Made by a program: the position numbers and the translations under genes. 64,000 nucleotides of DNA from Epiperipatus broadwayi (lineage: Eukaryota; Animalia; Onychophora), in contig JAQFVV010000003.1 of assembly GCA_028023455.1 (NCBI GenBank), forward strand, positions 23,126,001 through 23,190,000. Direction: 5' to 3'. The notes beneath the pieces were generated by a model. It was not told where the DNA came from and did not search any database. It worked only from the letters and a program-made list of their open reading frames with translations. Shown here piece by piece: positions 1-12,637 of this stretch (position 1 is its first letter; each line of letters begins with the position of its first letter).

Positions 1-1976
1 TATAATTTAATTAGTCATATCAAAAAACAAAAAAGGTTTGTTTTTTGGGTAGAGATAGTTATTATATAACATTTTTCTAATATCAGTTAAAAGCAACATT
101 TGAAAAATTAATTAATTTTTATGAAAACTAAAAAAAAGAAGTTAATATTTTATGTTATTGTTCATTTTATAGTTAGTTATACCTAGGCCACATAACATTT
201 CAATGCAAGTCCTCATTGAATTTTTATCTAAGAACTTTAGCTTCTATTGGTAATATAAGATTATGTCATATTAATGAATAAATATATTTTAATATGGATA
301 AAATATTTATTAGAACTTTTTTTTTTATTATAGTATGTGATTGGGGAAATTTAAAAAATGTTGAACATTATTCTCATATTTTTTTAACCCAAATTTTGAA
401 CTCTATAGACCATCGACATTTTTAGATATGTCAGTGTTATCTGGAAATAATGTTTGCACTGTAGAATGAACCTGTTTCCCAAAATGTTTAAATAATCAAT
501 ATTTGTAAAGAATTTATGTTCAAGTTAAGAATTCTGTGATATAACTAACTATTCAAATTGTGAGAATTCCAATATAATTTTAATGTTGAGATGAAGTCTT
601 CTGGCTAATAAGCTTCTTTTTGAGATTACCAGACAAATTTTTATTGGAATTGGAAAAAGTACAAATAATGATTTGTCTGATCATTTATTGTGCTTCCAAT
701 CATTCATTATTCAGTTTCTATCATGTGGTACCAAGAAACAGAGATTTTTAAATGAAGTTATATCATAAATATGTTCTCTTTGTAAAACTTGTGACATTTT
801 TTTTAGAATATTTAGTTGAATGTTGATTATTATAAATGTGATTTATGAATGTGTTTTTGGCTGCAATTTTTCTTAATATTCATTGATTCCTTTAAATATG
901 CATTGATTTTTGATTGACTCTAGCTTATTAATTCTATTTTTATTGAGTATATTTGTCTGTCTTAAAGTTTGATTTTTAAAGATTGCTCACTCATTAATTT
1001 TGGAAGCTTATTCTCCAAATATTCAGGCACTAATAATTTAATTCAAAATTTTAAACTCTTATGACGGGTGTAATTTCCTCTCACAGATTATTTAATGAAT
1101 ATCAATTTTTTACCAGATGTGATTCTTCTTAGCATTCATTAAGGTGCTATCAAGAAAGAAAGAAAAAAGTGTGTGTATTTTCATATCTGAGCTATTATGG
1201 TGACAAATTATATTGCTGATTTCATAGGCACTTTCAAATTATTTGCTTAACTATAAAGTGCTTTTAACTTGCTGTTCTTGGCAAAGGCAGTTAAATTATA
1301 ACTAAAAAATTTATTCAAAAGAATATGTATAATATAGTTTTTGGACACATCATGCAAAGTTGCTTATTATTATAATAGCACTAGTGATTTAGACAAATTA
1401 GTTAGCTTTGCATTTATTGCTCAGTAAATGAATGTCTAATTATTTATAGCTGAATATTCAACAAGTATGGAAAAGTACTAAAAAGTCTTACTGCCTTGCT
1501 GTTAGAAAGCTTGTTAAATAATGACAAGACCTTCGTTGCTGGGGGGGGGGGACCATTGAAGAGGTTTTTGTTCTGCATTAGACTATTAAATGGCTATTTT
1601 ACCTATATCACTATAATCATAGCAACCATATCTCTCCTAATCTTATATAATATCATTTACATCGACAAATAAGTATATAATATTATTTTTTCCTGGTCTT
1701 AATCTAGTTTGCCTTAAAAAGTCAAAAGTATAAACTATGGTATCTTAGTTTATATAAGATCAAGTGATTACATTTGGAAAAGTGGTATCCCTTTTGAATG
1801 CTTAAAAGTGTTTAGTTTGCTATTTTCATTAATTCCTGTCTATTGACTGCAATTTTTACAAATGAAAATATAACAGATATTTCTACATATTAAAAGTATT
1901 TCAACAATAGTATCTGTTAAAAATTATATATAATGTTTAAATACAAGTATAGTATATACACCCCTCTAATTACATA

Positions 1977-1996
1977 TGTGTGTGTGTGTGTGTGTG
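1977..1996. repeat. (TG)n microsatellite about 35 bp upstream of the first exon
   Basis: Direct reading. A second shorter (TG)n lies at about 5003-5017. Confidence 0.9.
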
Positions 1997-2029
1997 AAAC
2001 TTTGTTAATTTTATTTTAATTCTGTTTAG

Positions 2030-2239
2030 GCTAAACGATTAAATAGTGATCCAGATTCAGCATATCGTACTGTAGAGTCATTTAATGATCTCAAATCCCC
2101 ATTATTTAATGACTGTAATACCTTGGATGATGTCTTCAGAATTGTAGTTGGTTTATATCCAACAAGAAAATGTTATGGAACTCGAGAAGTATTTGCTGAA
2201 GAGGACGAGCCTCAATCAAATGGAAAAGTTTTTAAAAAG
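2030..2239 (+). CDS. ACSL3/4: ACSL3/4-type long-chain fatty acid-CoA ligase, first exon visible in window (AKRLNSDPDSAYR...GTREVFAEEDEPQSNGKVFKK)
   Basis: tttag acceptor at 2028-2029, GT donor at 2240. 210 bp, phase 0/0. Peptide resembles the ACSL3/4 segment GTRE..EE.E.Q.NGKVFKK. Confidence 0.93.
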
Positions 2240-5088
2240 GTTTTTTTTTCATTGAATTATATGTGTGTGTTTGATTTTAATTGTAACTGCATTTTTATTT
2301 CTTAAAAGCTTTCATATTTATTGTTGAATTTATTGATTAATTCTTTAGCTGTAAAGATTTTTGACTGTTTGGCTGAAATTTATGCATGAAGTTTTGAATA
2401 AATCTTTTTAACAAACGTTTCATATGTTTTGACTATTGATAAATATCAGTCTTATATATCAATTAATTTTGATTTATATAGTAAGACAAGTTTAATTTTA
2501 CACACTAACTTAAAACATTATATAATCTCTAATGCTGTATATGATTAATATGATTTAATGCAAGTAGAATGCTATTGATTAGATTCTAGATTTCTGAACT
2601 TTTGCAGCTTCAAAAGCTTTATTCCATAACAAATTATAAAATGAATTAAATAAAAAATAAGTGATAATCTATTGATAGACATTGCATAAAAAAATTTATT
2701 AATAAAATAAAAAAGAAATTTCAGTTTATTGGTAAAATTAGTTTATGAAGAATGTTGTGTCTTCATATTTTTTATAAATATTTCATAATCATAGATTCAC
2801 CAGATAAAAATTAGTTATTTATCTATTTGCTTATGATTAATGTAGCTATCATTCAGTTTTATATGGTATCAATAAAAACAAACTAATTTATAAATAAATA
2901 TTGCATTAAAATGATTATTAATGAAAAAAAAAAATATTAAGATTTATTACTCACATTTCCTTATGAATAGCACTGCTTCTTCATCATTTTTACAAATACT
3001 TTACTAAAGTGAAATTAATTATAAGTTTCATTCTTTACCATGCAATTTTTATTGTATTAAACAATATGCTAATTCCTGTTTATTGACAAATATTCATCTC
3101 TATAATCTTTTGATTAAATCGTCCATCAAGCCAATTAATTTATCAATAATAATTTTTTTACTTTTTATGGTCGACAAAGCTTGTAGTATGTCTTAATCCA
3201 ATTTAGACTTATGTCCAACTGTACTATATTCAAATTATTGTCCGCAGCTATATTTAAAATAAAAAGAATAACACACTACTGATTCTGTACTAAGATTTTA
3301 TTTTTGCACACATGTTGAACTGTGGTACTCATGTTAGAAAATACATTTGTGCAATTGGTTCATTTTCATCTAGCACTTGCGCATATTATGTAAATTATAG
3401 TCTTGTGTATATTTTGTTATATCATGATAGTTGACATAAAAGTAACTAGTTATTAGAAATCTATGAAATATTAGGTGCCAGGTTAATAGTATTCTTCCTG
3501 TACTGTGATAAATTGTAAAATTATTGCTAATTGTTAAAATGCACATGTACTAGCTTACTTGCTTTAGGTGGGAAAATCCTGATTTCTGAAATTATTTAAA
3601 ATAAAAGTTTTCCAACTTTTTGTTTTTAATAAATTATGTAGATGGTATACTAACATCTAAAATCTTCAGTATTTAAATAATATAAAAACATTACACTTTT
3701 AGGTTTTTTTGTTGTTGTTGGAGCTTTAGTTATTTTTCAGCTTTTAATGTTTTTCTTGTTAACAGCTGAGCCAAAAGTATCCTGGCATATATATTAATAT
3801 ATAAATGATCTCTTGTAATAATGGTTAGCACACTTGTTTCCATAAACAAGATCCATTGTGGACAAATTCAATTATGTGAGACATGGATATACATTTTTGA
3901 GGCTTAAGCAGACATAATACCTCTCTCAAGGAGCCAACCACCCAGTTATTGGTAATCCAATGGGCATTCAGTTACTATTAGCCAATAATAAAATAAAAAA
4001 CCCATTAATTCTCATTACTGATAACTAACAAGCCTATAGAATATCCTCTGTCATCATATCTCTTTATAAAGTTTCTAAAGAAATGTCTTCCTATAGTAGG
4101 TTATTTAAAGATTCCTTTATATATGATGTTAAATAATATTTCAATACTGAATACATATAATATGTGAAATTTACTAAGTCGATTTTAAACAATAATTGAA
4201 CTGCCATCTAACTGCCAATTTCAATAACTTTTTCCAGTAAGAAAATGAAGACTTCTTACTGTATTTGAGATTTTATTTAGAGTTATCCAGAACAATAACA
4301 GGCAAAGAGCAAACTTAAATCATTCTATATATTTTAATGTAAACTTATATTTAAAGAACTGATATTAAGTTTATATAATTAATATATTTAAAATAGTGTA
4401 CATATGTGAGATAAATTTTTATTGATAAAAATGTTTTATATTTTCATTAATTTCTACAAAAGATATTGAGCCCACTTATGTCCCTAAAACATGAAAACTC
4501 AACAACTATAGCTTACTTGGGTTATATACTTAGCCTTGCTTTTTTTGTTTTGCATGTAATAATTAAAAAAGTGCCCTTTTTGCCTTAGTATAATATAATT
4601 AATATTATGTGTATTTTTAAAATTGAAAGTATAATTAATTTGACTATTTTCAGTCCCAGAACTTTTATTATTATTATAAATAAATAATTATTATTATCAT
4701 TTCTTATAAGTTATAAAGATTCAGTAATAGTTAAGCATTTCACAAATCTTACACTAAATTACTTAATGAATTAAGAATTAAAAGAAATTTAAATGGTTGT
4801 AATAGTAGTCGTCTTTTTTATTGTCTATCTTTTTTTAAAAAACTTGACTTTTATGCATTTGTACAAAGCAATTTACATAGAAATTAGAAAGTTACTTTTT
4901 ATGTTAAATAATTTAATTCTTATTTCTGATAAACATTATAACATTCTATTAAAATTATTGAAAATAAATTCTCATTTAATATAGTTTGGCTTTATTGAAA
5001 TTGTGTGTGTGTGTGTGCACAGAAAAAGTAGTACATTAAAAATATTCTTAAGTAAGTAAAATTTGCGTATACCATTTTTAATTTATAG

Positions 5089-5266
5089 CTAGTATTAGGT
5101 GATTATCATTGGGAAACATTTGAGGAAGTTAATCGCCGAATTCATCATTTTGGAAGCGGTCTTCAAGCATTGGGCCTTAAACCTAGGCAAGTTTTCGTAA
5201 TCTTTGCTGAAACTCGTGCTGAGTGGCAAATTGCAGCACAAGCAGGATTCAAATTTAATTTTCCAG
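5089..5266 (+). CDS. ACSL3/4: ACSL exon ([14 protein letters not shown]...[21 protein letters not shown])
   Basis: tatag acceptor, gtaaaa donor. 178 bp, phase 0/1. Contains the ETRAEW motif. Confidence 0.95.
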
Positions 5267-6620
5267 GTAAAATATGCTCAATTTGGAGATTTTGAAATTG
5301 AGTTTATATAATTGTTAGTATTTTAAAAAGTTTGCCATTTGTGGAAGTCCTAAAATAGTAATCGTAACATTTTATTAATATTCTGAGGTAAAATATATGA
5401 AATTTGGAAACTTTGATGAACGCATATTTACATTATTAATATTTTATAAAGTCTGTTATTTATATTTATAAGCACTGAAATGTATATAACTTGCTGAACA
5501 TTAACCATTCAATTTATATTGATAAATAATTATTTTATATATAGTTTTTGTAATAATCAATACATTTTACAAGCACATTGTTCAGATTATAATTATATAG
5601 AAGGTAATCATCTCTCCTCATTAGTGTCGTTAAACAGTCAGAAAGATTATTTTAAAAAGAAATGAATTTAAAGTGAATGATTTATATATTTACACTCTAA
5701 CTTCTAAACATTTAAGATTGTCTCATATAAGTGCATTTGAGTTTGAAAATAAGACAATTGTTCATATTTTTTCAAAGTCTCTATCTTATGGCTGGGGCGA
5801 AAGGTATCCTTGCAGTTTAACATCAGTGTTTAATGGCACTAATGAGGAGGGAAGATTATCTTTTATATAATTATATATAATTTTTATAGATTTTCTAATA
5901 TCTAATATTTGCTATTTGCTATTTTTTATTAATTCATGTTAAATTTGTAAATTATTGTAATGAGCTTCTTATTTAAGACTATTTCTTTCCAACCTTGTAG
6001 TCATTGCGGCTTCATTCAGAGCTTTGGTTTATATGAACTCATTTCTTTCCTTGTTGAAATTGTATAATTTTTACTATCTGTTGATATGAAGATGAGAATA
6101 GATCTGGAAAGTATTTATTTGCTAATAGTTGAAAATTAGTGGGTTTAATTATGTAGGAAGTTGTGTAAGTAGTGAATGGCTAAGTAAACTTTTAACAATA
6201 AAAAAAAAAATATTTAGAAGTGAAATGAGAAAACTGATTCAAGATTTAGTGTTGTTTTAGATTATGATTTTTGACATGATTTAAACATTTTTTTTTAGAA
6301 ATTGGAATTTGTTATATAGGAAATTATGAGAACATTGAGTAAATCAAAATTAAGTAATGTATATATAAGATGTGATAAAAATTAAAAGTAAAATAGTTTA
6401 AGTAACATAAGACATAGCAGTAGGAATAAAAGCTTATTCATAAAAATGGTTTGATAATGGATAATGAATACATAGATTAATGTTTGAGTGAAGAAATGAA
6501 GGTGGGTTGAGGGGATTTTAATCTAAACGAATGAGTGCAATTGTTATGATTTGCCACTTTAGTGTTCAAATGTCAATTGATATTTCAAGGTAATTGTGTT
6601 TTATAAATATATATATATGT

Positions 6621-8942
6621 ATGTAAAACCATAAAACAATACAATACTAGATTAAATTTTAAAATTTTTACCAAAATCCATACACAACCATGGTTTCATC
6701 TACTACAAATAGACCTTCTCAAGTGAAAATCAATCTAAAGAAAAACATATATATATATATACAAACAAACCTTCCCATAACTCACTACAAATTTCACCCT
6801 CCCTTAATATCAAAAGAAGTCTTCATGAGATTGATAGCCTCAGAATCAAGGAGTTTTATCATCAAAGTCTCCTTTATTCTTCTTTTTAACTCATTCTTTT
6901 CATAAAAATAACCGAAGCATTGTTAAACAATATTCTATGACCTGTATTCAATTCATGAATATATAAAGCTGAGTTAAGATACCTATGTTTAACCCTACTT
7001 ATATGAACCATAACCCTTTCATTAAGGCTAAATTTACTCTGACCTACATAAAATTTACCACAACTACATGGAATTTTATAAACAATACCAGGAATAGACC
7101 TACTATCAATAGACTGCTTAGAACCATTAAGTAATGAATTCAAATCAGAACCTTTCCTCCATGCAACCTTCATTCCACCTAACAAATGACTATTCCTATA
7201 AACCAAATTATAAATTGATGCTTTAAATGGTAAAGACATATAATCATCATCCTTACCAACAAAATTCTTATCAAAATCACGACTATAAACATTATTATTA
7301 AATACCACTTTTTTAATAAAATCATGATTATAACCCAATTCTACATATTCAGCAGCAAATTGACTTCTTTGAATATCAGCATCATTATTAAAATTATTAA
7401 GCCTTCTATTCCGACAACAAAAATTCAACAAAGACATTTTTTTATGTATAAAAGGCTGATAACTATCAGGCCTAATCATATTTCTCAAATTTTTAGGTTT
7501 TATAAAATGACTACAAAACAAAACATCATTAACCTTCTCAACATTTAAATCTAAAAAACTTTAATTTTACAAAATCAAAACCACCCCCCTCAATTGTAAA
7601 CTTAATACTAGAATCAAAACCATTCAATGCACATAAAAACTCTTCTAATTTCTCTTTCTGAATAACAAACAAACAATCATCAACATACCTAACAAATAAT
7701 TTAATAGAACATGAAAACATATTAATAATACTACACTCCAAATAATCAATATAGACAGCACACATCAATGGAGAAATGACATAACCAATAACCCAACCTT
7801 CTCTAATCTTATAAAACACATCATTAGACATAAAATACATTGAATCCTCTAACAGCAAAAGCAAATCATGAAAAACCTTAATCTCATCTGCAGAAAAACA
7901 TTCTAATTTTTTTAAAATTGAAAGAAAAACATCAATACTTTTTAATCTATTAACCGATTGATACATATTTTCAATGTCTAAACTACCAAAAACACAATCA
8001 TCATCCAAAACAAAACCATTTATTTTATTAAAAGCCTCAAAAGAAGAAGAAACACAAAATTGACCCAATTTTATATAATCCTTAAAATATCTTATAATAA
8101 ATTTTGATATTTTATCAACAATTCCTCCTGTAAAATCAAAAATACACCTCAAAGGAAAATTATCTTTATGAGACTTCAAATTAAAGAAAACCTTTGGAGC
8201 CACAAAATCACTAGGGTAACAATTTAAATAAGTAGCTCTATCAAAAATCTTTTTATTTTCCATAACTTTCATAATCTTAATTAATTTAGATTTTATTTTT
8301 TTACCAGGATCAGAATCTAAAATAGCATATTTTCCATTATTTAATTCTAAAGAAACTTTACTTTTAAAATCAATATTATTTAACAATACAAACCGGCCAC
8401 CTTTATCTTCTTTTAACAATACTACATCATTGGCTTTCAATCTTTTTTTAACAAAACTAATTTCCTTAGGGGCAAAAACAAATTTTTCTCTTTTAAGTAA
8501 TTGATTATTCAAAATAACCTGTAAAGACATTTTATTTTCATCAGAAAAATTACTATTACTTTCAATGGCAGAAACAAAATCAAAACTAAATTTTTATTAG
8601 CAAATGGAACAAAGCCAGGACCCTTAGCTAAAATAGCCAAATCAGATACATTCAAAACATAATTTGACAAATTTAAAACAGATGAAGCATCAGGCCTATT
8701 TTTATAAAACCCAAATCTAAACTCTTTTCCTTTCACAAAACTTTTATTTTCAGCCTTTCCAATCAACCATTTAAATTTCTTGAAATACTTATTATTATAA
8801 GTGATTTCACACTTACTCCTAAACCACTTTAAAAAAGAATTTAAAACAGAATAATTAAAATTCCTTCTAAAATCCAACTTTCTTCTAAACATTTTATAAC
8901 TATGTGTATGCACAGTTGTGTATGTTGATTACATACAGTGTT
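6621..8942 (-). mobile_element. Penelope-like element, near full length and frameshifted: N-terminal region 8913-8509, RT 8530-7538, thumb plus GIY-YIG 7521-6886
   Basis: RT motifs DKGGRFVLL, P.VFFNLKSHK..PLR.I, FVRYVDD. GIY-YIG motif GIVYKIPCSCGKFYVGQS...HELNTGH. Boundaries taken from the empty-site copy of the host repeat at about 12400-12450. Confidence 0.9.
6683..6725 (-). ncRNA. Degenerate minimal hammerhead ribozyme in the PLE 3' terminal region
   Basis: Minus strand reads CAC UUGAGAA GGUCUA-UUUGUAG-UAGAU GAAA C-CAUG-G UU GUG. The core deviates from CUGANGA at two positions; stem III region is palindromic (AACCAUGGUU). Confidence 0.5.
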
Positions 8943-10185
8943 TATATAAGCAGGAGACACAATTAATAAACACTTATTTGTATGGTGTTGCAGTGCCATA
9001 TCTTTTGAAAAATGTTTTCAAGTTGTCTGAAAAATGTCCACAAATAATATCAATTTCTCGCTCATTGTTCAAGGATAGCTAACAGAGATGCATTAAAATT
9101 TAAATTGGATAATTAGAAAACCAATATTTTGACTACATAAGTTGTAAGAATTGGAGAATTATTTTTAAAAAAGCCGATTATCAGAAAAGAATGGTTGCAC
9201 CATATTATGAATTTAATCTTCCAAAAAGATTTAGCAATATATATTGTGAATAATTTTTCCTATGGCTGTCCAAGTCATAATAGTTTTATCAATGTTTTTT
9301 CACAACTGATAGAAGACTATCTATTTGACTTTTCTTTTTAGCAATATATAAAAAAAAAAGTGTTCCATTTTTTGTGCTATTGATATCACCATTTTCTCAT
9401 CATAGTATCCACACTAGAAACTAATAGTTTGTAGCGCAGTCATAAATATTCCGTGTATAAATGCTATGAGACTGATTATTTTCATAAAAGTAAATATTAA
9501 AATGTCTGCTGATTTCTATAGGGATTTATTCTGTTGAGTTTTGCAATTTTTTAGTTACAATTTGTCATAATGTCTATCATTCCTTCAGTAAACATTGGTT
9601 TTGGCTCATTCATTTTTCAGATTTCAGTATTTTTTTTAGTTAATACAATCATCACTTTTCACTCTGACAATCTTAAATTCTTAAACAATTTAGCAGTTTT
9701 GGGCTCTAGAGTTCCCAGATAATTAGTTCAATGTTTCTTTTTTAAACTCAAGATAAGTCCACTTATGAAACTAGTTTTCATATCATGTGCCTGGTACATC
9801 TTATATGCATTATTATGTACCTTTATTTCTACATTTACATGAATTTAAAAGTATAATGCTAATGTTGTATATACATATATACATGCAGTGATACTTTTAC
9901 AAAATACCTGTACACTCATTTTACACAATATGTAAGGAAAGTTTCAATAAACACACTATTCAAAAAAAATAAGTATGAAATTTTTACAATCTTTTGTAGT
10001 TGAAGAATTGTGTAGAATTTTTTTATTAAAAAGCAATAGATAATAACAGATTGCAGTTTGATTGTTAGACTAAATTGGGCTATTTTGTTGAATATTTTGA
10101 AAAAGGCTTACTTTGAAACAGATCAGTTGCTTAAATTGTTATAAGTCAAAATGGTTAGTTATCACAAATTTTATTTAATAAGGGC

Positions 10186-10250
10186 TTCATGGTATAGTGA
10201 TAGCCCCTCGACATACTATACTCGTGATGTGAATTTGAGTTCCAGCTAGT
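10186..10250 (+). mobile_element. Possible tRNA-derived SINE head
   Basis: A-box-like TGGTATAGTGATAG followed about 35 nt later by a degenerate B-box-like gaatttgagttcc. Confidence 0.3.
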
Positions 10251-11049
10251 AAAATTTGAAATACTTTTTAGAGTCCAATCTCCTCAACTATCAAATATTT
10301 ATTGTTAAACTATTATCTAATGTTTCTTAATTACACAATAAAACATATATTCTACAGTTATGTGCCTAATGAATAATACTTTCTCCAGTACTATTCCCCT
10401 AAGAGATGATGTTGGAGAAGTCTTTGCATGTTGGTGATTTTTATTTTATATATTAAAAGTGTTGATGAATTAATATCTGAAAAGAATTTAGCTAATAAAA
10501 CAATGTTTGATGGATTTGATTGTATATATTTTGAGAATTTACAAAAAAAAAAATCCAGGGATGAAAATAAGCTTGAATAAGACTAGGATATAACACATTT
10601 TTATTTAAAAATCATAGATTATATTGTATAAGCTAGTTTTTGATTTTATGCAAAAATTTAATTAATGACTCCTCTAAACATATTTATTTTCCAACAAATA
10701 TTTAAGAAGACATTCAAGAAAATTGATTATTAATATTTCCATACTATAACTAAATATTAAATTATTATTATTATTTATTTGTTTTAACTATTATCTTAAA
10801 AATATAGTACAAGTACAGTACAACATGGCAAAAGATGTGAAAACATTGTTGATGCAAATGAAGATAGATGTCACTACTATATAATGATTTTAGTGTAAAA
10901 AAAAAAAATTAAAATAAGAATACAACATACAGTTTGAGAATTATTAAATAAGCATTAAAATTTTATAATTCATTTCATTAACAACTATTTAAAATATCAA
11001 ATTCGTTTGTAAAATACTTTCTAGGAAATCTTTTATTATTCATTTTATA

Positions 11050-11700
11050 TGTTTTAATCTTTAAAAATAGATTCTCACAATATTGATTCAGCATTATTTA
11101 CATTCAGTAAGCTGAAGAACACATCAATTGGTTTTATGATCTTACCATCATATTTTTAAGATATTAGAAAGCTTCTTTAATTTTTGTTTTTAGTGCCTTT
11201 ATATTCCATTGATAAGAATTTCCTATTTCAATACCGTACAGTAAATTTGGCAAATTAACTTAGTAATGCGGCAGCTACACATTGGGATCTGTGATATAAC
11301 TAAACATCCAAGTTTCATCTTTCTTTTTAAAAAGTTGATAACCATCAAAGATAAAACATTCAGACAAGTTTTCATCTATTGGCTGAAATGTATCTGAATT
11401 TTCTTAACATTAATTACTAAGTGAAAGTTTTTATAGATTGCATTCAAAACATTATATAGATTATTCTTTGAATTGGCAAGAATAACTCTGTCATCCGCAT
11501 ATTGCACATCTAAGAGCCAAGAAGATAAAAGTTTTAGTTATTTATCATCAAATTAAAAAGCTCTCTATCAAACCTATATCTGAATACTACATAAATCTGC
11601 CTATTGCAAATTTCACTGTCATAAATTGGTAAATAGAGTTGAAGCTAATATAATAAGTACACAGCTCTGTTTAACATTATTTTTCCATTTCAAATGCTTT
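11050..11700 (-). mobile_element. Decayed BovB-type RTE LINE reverse transcriptase fragment
   Basis: Minus-strand translation gives VKQSCV...TLF, YRFDRELFNL and LDVQYADDRVILANS (YADD at 11490-11501). Confidence 0.75.
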
Positions 11701-12637
11701 AGATTTTTTTCCATAAATTGTAATGCATCCTCTTATATTCATACTACCATGCAGAAATTAAATTACAATTTTAAAATACAATTTCATTAATAAGTAATTG
11801 AGAAAGTTAAACCTTTTTAATTTGAAAGGAAAAAAAAAGAATGAGATACAGAGACATGGAAAAAAAAGAAGTTTGATAATACAAATCAATCCATAAAACA
11901 CAAACAGAGCCACATATCTCACAAAAAGTGGGAATTTTTTTTTTTGGAGTTTATGTAAAAAAAAGTCTCTCATAGACAGTCTTCTATCAACTGTGAACAT
12001 TCTGGGAAAATTACTATGATTTGGACAGGAGCATGATAATCTCTGGTCCAAGAATTACAATGCATAAGCACATCACAGTATAAATTTGTTAGATCATTCT
12101 GGAAGATCAAATTCATATTATGGTGCAAACATTCTTTTCTGACAATCATCATCTTTAAAAATAATTCTCCAATGCATGCAATTTATGTAGTCAAAATATT
12201 ACTTTGAAAAACATGAGAATAATGTTACAAATGCCTTTTCTAATTATCTAATTTCAATTTCAATACATCTTTGTTGGCTATCCTTGAACAATGAGTGAGA
12301 AGTTGATATTATTTGTGGACATTTTTCAGACAAATTGAGAACTTTTTCCAAAAGAAATGGCACCGTAACATCATGCAAATAAGTGTTAATTAATTTTGTC
12401 TATTGTTTATATATATATATGTGCATATATATATATATTTATAAAAAACAATTATCATTGGTATGACCAAACTACCTTAAAATATCAATTGACATTTGAA
12501 CAATAAAGTGATAAAGCATAACAGATGCACTCATTTAAGTCGACTAAGATCCTCTCCATCCAATTCTTATTTCTTCAATCAAGCATTGATCTAATTCATT
12601 ACCCTAAACAAGCCATTTTTTTATGAATAGGATTTTA

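Larger units (their letters stand above)
6345..12637. repeat. Long inverted repeat pair: left arm about 6345-6620 plus 8943-9385 (split by the PLE), right arm about 11915-12637
   Basis: Reverse-complement matches such as gtccacaaataatatcaa / ttgatattatttgtggac and ttcaaatgtcaattgatattt / aaatatcaattgacatttgaa. Confidence 0.88.

Noticed and set aside
1-2029. Upstream ACSL start exon
   Set aside because: No exon-like frame with a transmembrane N-terminus and splice donor was found; it probably lies outside the window.
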